Shown: positions 26,207-33,484 of the stretch, piece after piece
Layout of the letters: each line of letters opens with the position of its first letter
Position numbering within the stretch: position 1 is the first letter of the stretch
From: Acutalibacteraceae bacterium
GTDB lineage: Bacteria; Bacillota; Clostridia; Oscillospirales; Acutalibacteraceae
DNA length: 56,215 bases
Assembly (NCBI GenBank): GCA_045531495.1
Contig: JAZSED010000038.1
Span: 1 to 56,215 of the forward strand
Reading direction: 5' to 3'
The notes under the pieces: model-generated
Told to the model about the DNA's origin: nothing
Databases searched by the model: none
What the model saw: only the letters and a program-made list of their open reading frames with translations
Made by a program: the position numbers and the translations under genes

Positions 26207-28270
26207 TTATTCTTCTGCTTTATACCCTGCGCAAATCTGCTGGGTAACCGATGCAGGTGCTTCCGCGTACCGTTCAAAGTCGAGAGTAAAGTACCCTCTG
26301 CCCTGTGTCGAGGAGCGCAGCCAGGTTGCAAAATCGTGCATCTCTGCAAGCGGCGCTTCTGCGGTAACGCAGGTTAAGCCGTCAGCGGTGGGTTCCATAC
26401 CGAGCACTCTGCCGCGGCGGCGGTTGACCTCGCCCATCACATCACCCGTGTAATCGCCGGGCACATACACATTCAGCATACCGATAGGCTCAAGCAATAC
26501 GGGACTTGCCTGCGGAATACCCGCTTTATACGCCAAAGACGCAGCGGTCTTGAATGCCATTTCGGAGGAGTCAACGGGATGATACGAACCGTCGGTCAGC
26601 ACCGCTTTAACACCTACCATCGGGTAGCCTGCGAGCACGCCGACCTTCGCGCTGTCGCGCAGACCCTTTTCGACTGCGGGGAAGTAGTTCTTCGGCACAG
26701 CGCCGCCGCACACGGTTTCTTCAAACACCAATTCCTCGCTGTCGCAGGGGGAGAACTCAATCCACACGTCACCGAACTGTCCGTGGCCGCCCGACTGCTT
26801 TTTGTGTCGGCCCTGTACCTTGACCGATTTGCGGATGGTCTCTCTGTACGGTACTTTCGGCACTTCTAATGTGACTTCCACACCGAATTTGGATTTCAGC
26901 TTGGAAATCGCCACGTCAAGGTGCTGTTCGCCGAGACCGGAGAGGATAGACTCCTTGGTTTCATTATCGATATAGAATTTGAGGGTGGGGTCTTCTTCTA
27001 CCAAACGGTTAAGGCCGGAAGCCACCTTCTCCTCCTCACCCTTTTTCGTGGTGGTAACCGCCATAGAGTAACACGGTGTTTCAAATTCTACACGCGGCAG
27101 GATAACAGGTTTATTGGGAGAACACAAGGTATCGCCCGTTCCTGTATTGGCGAGCTTTGCCACCGCGCCGATGTCACCCGCGGGCACGTACGGTACGTCT
27201 TCCTGTTTCTTGCCGCGCACCAGCATAACCTTGCCGATTTTCTCGGCTTCACCCGTGCGGGGATTATACAGCATAGAATCGGGTTGTACCTTACCGCTGA
27301 TGACCTTGAAATACAACAGCTTACCCACAAACGGGTCAACCACCGTTTTGAATACAATAGCGGCGGTGGGTCCGTTTTCGTCTACGGTGAGCTCTACCAC
27401 GTCGCCGTCGGGGGTTTCTGCCACTTCACCCGCGACAGATTCTGCCCACGGAGCAAGCCACAACAGACCGTTCAATAATTGGTCAATACCCTCCAGCTCC
27501 AACGCAGAGCCGCAGAATACGGGTGCAATATCGCCCGTACGCACACCGTGCGCCAAGCCCATAATCAATTCATCGGGGGTAAATTCCTCGCCCGAGAAGT
27601 ATTTTTCCATCAATTCTTCGCTGGTTTCCGCGACCGCTTCGCAAATGGCGGTACGCAGGCCCTCCAAGCGGTGACCCATATCCGGCAGCGGCACGGGGGT
27701 CGCTTTGCCGTCTTTATATGTATAGGCACGATACTCTAAAAGGTTTACGTAACATTCAACCTTATGGTCTACCACGTGCGGCACCACGATAGGACATACC
27801 ATCGGGCCGAACTTGGTTTTCAAATCTTCAAACACCTTATAAAAGTCCGCGTGTGCGCTATCCAGCTTGTTCACAAAGAACATCGTGGCGATTTTCTTTT
27901 TCTGCGCGGCGGCAAAGCCCTTTTCCGCACCGACCGTCAAACCGCTTTTACCCGACAACACGATAACTGCGCTGCCCGCGGCGCGCACGCCTTCCTGTCT
28001 GCCGCCCGCGAAGTCAAACAGACCGGGGGTATCCAATACATTTATCTTGGTATCCTTCCACTCCAGCGGCAAAATGGCGGTGGAAACCGACGCTACGCGG
28101 CGAATCTCCTCAGGGTCAAAGTCGGTGACGGTGTTGCCGTCCGCTACTTTGCCAAGGCGCTCCGCGGCACCGGTCATATACCAGCACGCTTCGGCAACGG
28201 ATGTTTTACCCGAGCCGGCATGACCGACAAATGCAACGTTACGAATCTGTTTTGCGGAATAAACTTTCAC
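26207..28270 (-). CDS. Elongation factor G paralog (EF-G2-like translational GTPase)
   Basis: The G1 motif VGHAGSGKTS differs from the AHIDAGKTT of canonical EF-G. DTPG, NKLD, KKQSGGHGQFG and the C-terminal FERYAEAP are present. The gene is not in an rpsL-rpsG-fusA-tuf context. Confidence 0.85.
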   Translation of the reverse strand: MKVYSAKQIRNVAFVGHAGSGKTSVAEACWYMTGAAERLGKVADGNTVTDFDPEEIRRVASVSTAILPLEWKDTKINVLDTPGLFDFAGGRQEGVRAAGSAVIVLSGKSGLTVGAEKGFAAAQKKKIATMFFVNKLDSAHADFYKVFEDLKTKFGPMVCPIVVPHVVDHKVECYVNLLEYRAYTYKDGKATPVPLPDMGHRLEGLRTAICEAVAETSEELMEKYFSGEEFTPDELIMGLAHGVRTGDIAPVFCGSALELEGIDQLLNGLLWLAPWAESVAGEVAETPDGDVVELTVDENGPTAAIVFKTVVDPFVGKLLYFKVISGKVQPDSMLYNPRTGEAEKIGKVMLVRGKKQEDVPYVPAGDIGAVAKLANTGTGDTLCSPNKPVILPRVEFETPCYSMAVTTTKKGEEEKVASGLNRLVEEDPTLKFYIDNETKESILSGLGEQHLDVAISKLKSKFGVEVTLEVPKVPYRETIRKSVKVQGRHKKQSGGHGQFGDVWIEFSPCDSEELVFEETVCGGAVPKNYFPAVEKGLRDSAKVGVLAGYPMVGVKAVLTDGSYHPVDSSEMAFKTAASLAYKAGIPQASPVLLEPIGMLNVYVPGDYTGDVMGEVNRRRGRVLGMEPTADGLTCVTAEAPLAEMHDFATWLRSSTQGRGYFTLDFERYAEAPASVTQQICAGYKAEE

Positions 28271-28511
28271 AGGAAGTGCCCCTTTCGCTTTTGTGGGGAA
28301 ATTAGCTAAAATTAGCCCACAAATTATAGTCTCTTTTGTATAGTATATACCATATATTCACACTTTTCAAGAAGATTTTGGTATATTTTAATAATTTGGG
28401 CATTTTGTAGCAAATATGCGCCGCCACTTTGTGTACACCGCTGTTTTTACACATATGAAAAGGCGTAAATACATGAGGAAAGCCATCTGCGACTACCTGT
28501 TGCCCTTCGTT

Positions 28512-29309
28512 TCACCGCGGTATTCGTATAACATACTCTATGAATCCTTCCCGTTCATATTTCTTGCTCTCTGCCGCAACACCGCCGCGGCGCATGGTAT
28601 CTATGGCGTGCTCCACCGTATTGAAAAACACACGCACGTCGCGGATAAGCGGTACCTCTCTGCGATGTCGCGCCACCTTTCCTGACAGCATTTTTTCAAT
28701 AAACGCATCCGTTTCGGCAACGGTCATACTCTTTTTCAGTATTTCGGCAAGCGCAAACCGCCGTTCTTCGGGTTTTTGCAGCCGCAACAGCGCTCTTGCG
28801 TGCCGTTCCGAAAGACCGCCCTCGGTAATTAACCGCCTTTCCTCGGGAGAAAGCCGCAAGAGGCGCAGCTTGTTAGCCACCGCCGATTGCGAATACCCCA
28901 ACCGCAATGCCGCTTCTTCCTGTGTCAGACCGTATGTATGTATCAGCTGGTGAATACCTTGCGCCGTTTCAAAGCAATTCATATCCTCACGCTGGAGATT
29001 CTCCACCATCGCAAGCAACGCCTGCCGCATTCCTTCCGCTTCGGCGCGCACACACGGCACGGTGGAAAACCCCGCCATTTTTGCCGCGCGCAAACGCCTC
29101 TCCCCCGCTATCAGTACAGGACGCTCGTTCTTCATAGTTACAATCAGCGGCTGTAATATCCCGTTTTCCGCGATGCTTTCCGCAAGCTCGAGCAATTTTA
29201 CCCTGTCAAACCGTTTACGCGGCTGGTCGGGATTGGGCAAAATATCCGCTATGGGTATCTCCATTACCTCGCCGCTCACCTTATATTTTCCTTTTTTCAA
29301 TCCTTTCAT
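28512..29309 (-). CDS. noc: ParB-family nucleoid occlusion-like protein
   Basis: ILPNPDQPRKRFD and LIAGERRLRAAKMAG are ParB-box motifs. There is an HTH segment, and the C-terminus VFFNTVEHAIDTM...IRIPR is Noc-like. Start is the ATG at 29309. The position after rsmG also fits. Confidence 0.75.
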   Translation of the reverse strand: MKGLKKGKYKVSGEVMEIPIADILPNPDQPRKRFDRVKLLELAESIAENGILQPLIVTMKNERPVLIAGERRLRAAKMAGFSTVPCVRAEAEGMRQALLAMVENLQREDMNCFETAQGIHQLIHTYGLTQEEAALRLGYSQSAVANKLRLLRLSPEERRLITEGGLSERHARALLRLQKPEERRFALAEILKKSMTVAETDAFIEKMLSGKVARHRREVPLIRDVRVFFNTVEHAIDTMRRGGVAAESKKYEREGFIEYVIRIPR

Positions 29310-29412
29310 CTTTCTAACTCCCAAAACAAAAAGTCCGAAGGAAAATCCTTCGGACTTACTGTACCATATTGTATGTGTGCCGTTTGTCATAAACGCACGG
29401 CGGGAAAAGGGA

Positions 29413-30135
29413 TTATAACGGATTTTTTGCGATTTTTGCGGTAGGACGCGGGAAAGCGGTCGGTGTAGCGGTTACCTTGTCGATGAGATATATCTGCCGC
29501 GCCGCCGTCTCCCCCTTGCTGTCCGCGGGCAGTCGGAATGTATGCACATCACGGGTTTTACCGCCGAGTTTTTGGATAGCCGCAGTGCTGCGCGCCGCCT
29601 CTTCCGCCCCTGTCGGGCCTTTCAGCGCCAAAAACCATCCTCCCACCTTTACGTACGGCAAGCAATATTCACAAAGCAACGGCAAACCTCCCACCGCACG
29701 GGCGGTAGCCACGTCGAATGTATCGCGGTACAAAGGATTTTTACCGCCTTCTTCCGCACGCAGATGCACCAAATCGGCCGTAATACCCAATGCCTTGCAC
29801 ACCGTATCCAAGAAAATCAGTCGTTTGTTTAGGCTGTCTAACAAGGTGAGCTTACAATCGGGGCGCAAAATAGCAATCGGCACACCGGGGAAGCCCGCAC
29901 CCGTACCCACGTCAATAAGCGAAAAAGCGCCCTGCGGCAGTAACGGCGCCGCCGCCACGCTGTCCGCAAAGTGTTTTATCACCACATCGGTGGGGTCAGT
30001 AATGGCGGTAAGGTTCATTTTTTGGTTCCATTCCACCAACAGCTCCGCGTATTTATCGAATTTTTCCGCCGCAACCTCGTCTATCTCTACCCCAACGCTT
30101 AAAGCGGCGGTTTTTAATAAAGTTTTATCTATCAT
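29413..30135 (-). CDS. rsmG: 16S rRNA (guanine527-N7)-methyltransferase
   Basis: LVEWNQKMNLTAITDP and the SAM motif IDVGTGAGFPGVPIAI. Start is the ATG at 30135, with an AGGAGA RBS. Confidence 0.9.
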   Translation of the reverse strand: MIDKTLLKTAALSVGVEIDEVAAEKFDKYAELLVEWNQKMNLTAITDPTDVVIKHFADSVAAAPLLPQGAFSLIDVGTGAGFPGVPIAILRPDCKLTLLDSLNKRLIFLDTVCKALGITADLVHLRAEEGGKNPLYRDTFDVATARAVGGLPLLCEYCLPYVKVGGWFLALKGPTGAEEAARSTAAIQKLGGKTRDVHTFRLPADSKGETAARQIYLIDKVTATPTAFPRPTAKIAKNPL

Positions 30136-30191
30136 TTTGTTTCTCCTGTTTGTTTCACGTGGAACAACCCCTACCCTCTTGTCGACAGTGT

Positions 30192-30249
30192 GAAAGCCTC
30201 CCTTGTGTAAAGGGAGGTGGCACGGCGTTAGCCGTGACGGAGGGATTGT
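30192..30249 (+). repeat. Left arm of the inverted hairpin-tail repeat pair flanking DUF559
   Basis: GAAAGCCTCCCTTGTGTAAAGGGAGGTGG (30192-30220) is the perfect reverse complement of 30623-30651. The inner 11 nt, GGAGGGATTGT, also match. Confidence 0.9.
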
Positions 30250-30560
30250 TTTACTAAGAAATCTATATATTCGCAAACACCTGAGAAGTTATTGTTTACG
30301 TCATTGTTCGGTATTCTTACAACTTTAATACCATATTGTTCGAGAAAAGTTGTTCTTACGGTGTCTTTTTCAATGTGTATTTTTTCAAAGTGTTGCGAAC
30401 CGTCTAATTCTACAACCAATTTTGCTTTTGCACAATAAAAATCCGCTATATATTTACCAATCGGTTTTTGTCGCAAGAATTTTACAGAGTATCCTCGCAA
30501 AAAGTCATACCATAAGTGTCTTTCTTCTTTGGTCATATTTCTGCGAAGCATTCTCGCCAA
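30228..30560 (-). CDS. DUF559 (PF04480-type, Vsr-like PD-(D/E)xK endonuclease fold) protein
   Basis: ARMLRRNMTKEERHLWYDFLR, FLRQKPIGKYIADFYC, LVVELDGSQH and VVRIPNNDV fit the DUF559 pattern. The start is TTG at 30560 or ATG at 30551, with no clear RBS. The last 7 codons lie inside the repeat arm. Confidence 0.8.
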   Translation of the reverse strand: MARMLRRNMTKEERHLWYDFLRGYSVKFLRQKPIGKYIADFYCAKAKLVVELDGSQHFEKIHIEKDTVRTTFLEQYGIKVVRIPNNDVNNNFSGVCEYIDFLVKQSLRHG

Positions 30561-30594
30561 GGGAACTATTTTGCTGTTGTGCTTTCTTTCCGTA

Positions 30595-30651
30595 ACAATC
30601 CCTCCGGTTTCGCTTCACTCAACCACCTCCCTTTACACAAGGGAGGCTTTC
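30595..30651 (-). repeat. Right arm of the inverted hairpin-tail repeat pair flanking DUF559
   Basis: ACAATCCCTCC...CCACCTCCCTTTACACAAGGGAGGCTTTC. The last base is shared with the mnmG stop codon. Confidence 0.9.
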
Positions 30652-32513
30652 TATTTGTTCGTATACACAATCAACACCGAAATATCAGCGGGGCTGACAC
30701 CGCTGATGCGGCTTGCCTGTCCGATGTTATGCGGACGTACCTTCGCCAGCTTTTCCTGCGCTTCTTTACGCAAGCCTGTAATCGTGCTGTAATCGGTATC
30801 CGCAGGTATCAACCGCTTTTCCAAGCGGCGCATTTCCGCAATATCCGCCAACTGCCGTTTGATATACCCTTCATACTTAATTTCCACTTCAACCTGCTCC
30901 AGCACAAGGGCGGGCAGGTCGGGACGGTCGGTATCAATGGGAGCAAGCGCCTCATAACCGATATTCGGGCGGCGCATCAAATCAATCAGCTTTGCGCCGG
31001 TAGACAACGGTGTGGTTTCACGTGAAACAAGTATCGCGTTTATCGCTTCAGAAGGTGCTATCACCGTTTTTTCCAAGCGTTCACGCTCTTTTTGCTTCAT
31101 TTCGCGGCGCTGACAGAAATGCGCCCACCGTTCATCGTCCACCAACCCTACCTCCCTGCCGATGGGGGTGAGGCGCTCATCCGCGTTATCCTGTCGCAGT
31201 ACGAGGCGGTATTCCGAGCGTGAGGTCATCATACGGTACGGGTCGCTGCAGCCCTTGGTCACCAAATCGTCAATTAAGGTGCCGATATAGCCGGATGCAC
31301 GGTCTAAAATCAGCGGCTCCAGGCCTTTCACCTTGCGGGCAGCATTCACACCCGCCACCAAGCCCTGTGCGGCGGCTTCTTCATAACCCGAGCTGCCGTT
31401 AAACTGTCCTGCGCCGAAAAGTCCGTCCACCGTTTGGAATTCTAATGACGCCGCCAGCTGAATAGGGTCAATACAATCGTATTCAATCGCGTACGCAGGG
31501 CGCATCACCTGTACCTTCTCTAAACCGGGGATGGTGCGCAGAAACTTAAGCTGCACGTCCACGGGGAGTGAGGAGCTTAACCCCTGCAAATACATTTCTT
31601 CGGTGTTTTTGCCGCACGGCTCAATAAATACCTGGTGCCGTTCCTTATCCGCGAATCGCACCACCTTGTCTTCAAAACTCGGGCAATAGCGCGGACCGAC
31701 ACCCTCAATCTTGCCGCCAAACAACGGAGAACGGTGCAGATTTTCGTGAATGACCTGCTTGGTCTCCTCGGTGGTCCAGGTAATATGGCAAGGCAATACG
31801 TTTTTGGGCGGTATCACGGTCTCAAAAGAGAACGGCGTAACCGGTTCCTCACCTGCCTGTTCTTCCATTTGCGAGAAATCAATACTCTGTCGCAGTACAC
31901 GGGACGGTGTACCCGTCTTAAAACGGCGCAAGGAAACACCAAGTTTTTCCAAAGCGCCAGACAGGTCGTTTGCCGCAAACATACCGTCAGGACCGCCCTC
32001 GAAATTGACGTCACCGATAAAAATACGTCCTTTTAAAAACGTACCGGTTGCCAACACCACCGTTTGTGCAACATACTGCGCTTCCACACGGGTGGTCAAC
32101 AAAAATTTACCGTCCTCGGTTTTCTCTATATCAACAACCTCGCCTTGGCGCAGGTCAAGGTTTTCCTGCAGCTCCAGCGCGTGCTTCATATACGCGGCAT
32201 AATCACGGCGGTCAATCTGCGCACGCAGAGAATGCACCGCGGGTCCCTTGCCGCGATTGAGCATCCGCGACTGTAACAAGGTGGCATCCGCCGCCTTGCC
32301 CATTTCGCCGCCGAGTGCGTCAATTTCGCGCACAAGATGTCCCTTTGCGGTACCGCCGATGGACGGATTACACGGCATATTGCCGACCCAATCCATATTG
32401 ACCGTAAACACCGCGGTTTTCGCGCCCAAACGCGCCGCCGCAAGACCCGCTTCAATACCCGCGTGTCCTGCACCGATAACCGCAACATCGTATTTTTCCT
32501 CTAAAAATTTCAT
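30651..32513 (-). CDS. mnmG: tRNA uridine 5-carboxymethylaminomethyl modification enzyme
   Basis: YDVAVIGAGHAGIEA is the FAD motif, and the translation reads MnmG/GidA-like over its full length. Start is the ATG at 32513 (MKFLEEKYDV), with an AAGGGGAG RBS. Confidence 0.95.
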   Translation of the reverse strand: MKFLEEKYDVAVIGAGHAGIEAGLAAARLGAKTAVFTVNMDWVGNMPCNPSIGGTAKGHLVREIDALGGEMGKAADATLLQSRMLNRGKGPAVHSLRAQIDRRDYAAYMKHALELQENLDLRQGEVVDIEKTEDGKFLLTTRVEAQYVAQTVVLATGTFLKGRIFIGDVNFEGGPDGMFAANDLSGALEKLGVSLRRFKTGTPSRVLRQSIDFSQMEEQAGEEPVTPFSFETVIPPKNVLPCHITWTTEETKQVIHENLHRSPLFGGKIEGVGPRYCPSFEDKVVRFADKERHQVFIEPCGKNTEEMYLQGLSSSLPVDVQLKFLRTIPGLEKVQVMRPAYAIEYDCIDPIQLAASLEFQTVDGLFGAGQFNGSSGYEEAAAQGLVAGVNAARKVKGLEPLILDRASGYIGTLIDDLVTKGCSDPYRMMTSRSEYRLVLRQDNADERLTPIGREVGLVDDERWAHFCQRREMKQKERERLEKTVIAPSEAINAILVSRETTPLSTGAKLIDLMRRPNIGYEALAPIDTDRPDLPALVLEQVEVEIKYEGYIKRQLADIAEMRRLEKRLIPADTDYSTITGLRKEAQEKLAKVRPHNIGQASRISGVSPADISVLIVYTNK

Positions 32514-32596
32514 ACGTTTACTCCCCTTCGGAGGTCGTCTTTTTGTGCCTTTTTTCTGTTTTCGCATTTTTGGGTGTTTTTCAACTTTTCAACACC

Positions 32597-32710
32597 TTTT
32601 CACACAAAAATTACGCGAAAACATTTGTTTTGTGTCGATTTGACACCGTTTTTATACTATATGTAGAATTTTGCCCCTGAGTTTTCACCATTTCCACAGA
32701 CTTTTCCACA
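32597..32710 (-). promoter_or_regulatory. Secondary DnaA-box-like cluster upstream of mnmG
   Basis: Minus-strand TGTGGAAAA (32710-32702), TGTGGAAAT (32698-32690), TGGTGAAAA (32690-32682) and TGTGAAAAG (32605-32597). These are the same box variants used in the dnaA-dnaN spacer. Confidence 0.45.
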
Positions 32711-33243
32711 ATAAAAAAGGGTGGTTTTCCGCGTTATTATAGGGTTTTGGGGTGTTTTTTCCTGACCTTTACAGGAAATTTTTTAAACGGAAAAGTTACC
32801 CTTTGTAATAAACACTTTACAGTATGCATTAAATACAATGGGCCGTTTTTCGGCGCGCGGCGAAAACACATTTTCGTCCCTTCGGCGGCCGCTTTTTTAG
32901 GGGTTCATACCGCTTTTTTCGGTCATTTTGTGAAAGGGGAACGGCAGATGCGAAATCGAAAACCAATACGGCCTTCCACCCTCGCCGTTTTATTGGCAGT
33001 AATCCTTCTGATGCTCGTTTTATCCAACCGAGAACAGAATAAAAGTTATGTGGCAACCATAGGCTGGCGAGAGTCGAACCCCTTTGCGGTTTCGCTCGCC
33101 AGCCTATACGGGCAAGCGGGGGTCGTACTGCAGCGCGGCCGTTAAAACTCGTCTGCCCTCCGCTATCATTTGCATTGTGTACATTGGGGCGGGTTTCCGT
33201 CCTGTACAATACCACCGAAAATGTGTGCTCAAATCAAAACCCA

Positions 33244-33273
33244 CTATCGCCCGCAGGGGTCTGCGGGCGATAG
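33244..33273 (-). terminator. Strong hairpin, possible gyrA terminator
   Basis: 13-bp stem CTATCGCCCGCAG / CTGCGGGCGATAG, followed by TGGGTTTTGATTT on the minus strand. It lies about 210 nt past the gyrA stop. Confidence 0.4.
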
Positions 33274-33484
33274 GCTCTTTGTAAACTTTTAGTATATTTT
33301 TATATTCAATATACCGTTTGTATTTGTTTTTAACGGGTTTTCACCTCTGTTTTACAGCGTTTTTATTTTGCAAAAACCATTAACGGTACGTTTCGCACCT
33401 TTAAAATCGCTGTAAAGAAGCGCTTTATTTTGTGTTTTTGACGATTTTTATGCAAATATCAAGCCACATCTTGTGGTACACACA

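Noticed and set aside
32653-32670. TATACTATATGTAGAATT resembles half of the BlaI operator at 206-226.
   Set aside because: Only the TGTAGA half is present, with no partner TCTACA. It is probably chance similarity in AT-rich DNA.
33059-33107. tRNA/tmRNA-like motif: the minus strand reads GGGGTTCGACTCTCGCCAGCC...TTGCCA, which resembles a T-loop plus acceptor end.
   Set aside because: The five bases either side of TTCGACT do not pair as a T-stem. I could build no D or anticodon arm and no acceptor stem, and I could find no tmRNA tag ORF. The segment is better explained as a long imperfect hairpin (GCTGGCGAG...CTCGCCAGC). An Infernal or tRNAscan run would settle it.
32948-33145. Possible 65-aa small membrane protein (MRNRKPIRPSTLAVLLAVILLMLVLSN...) with an AAGGGGA RBS.
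   Set aside because: The second half of the ORF reads straight through the long hairpin at 33059-33107 and looks non-protein-like. It is kept only as a remote possibility inside the gap finding.
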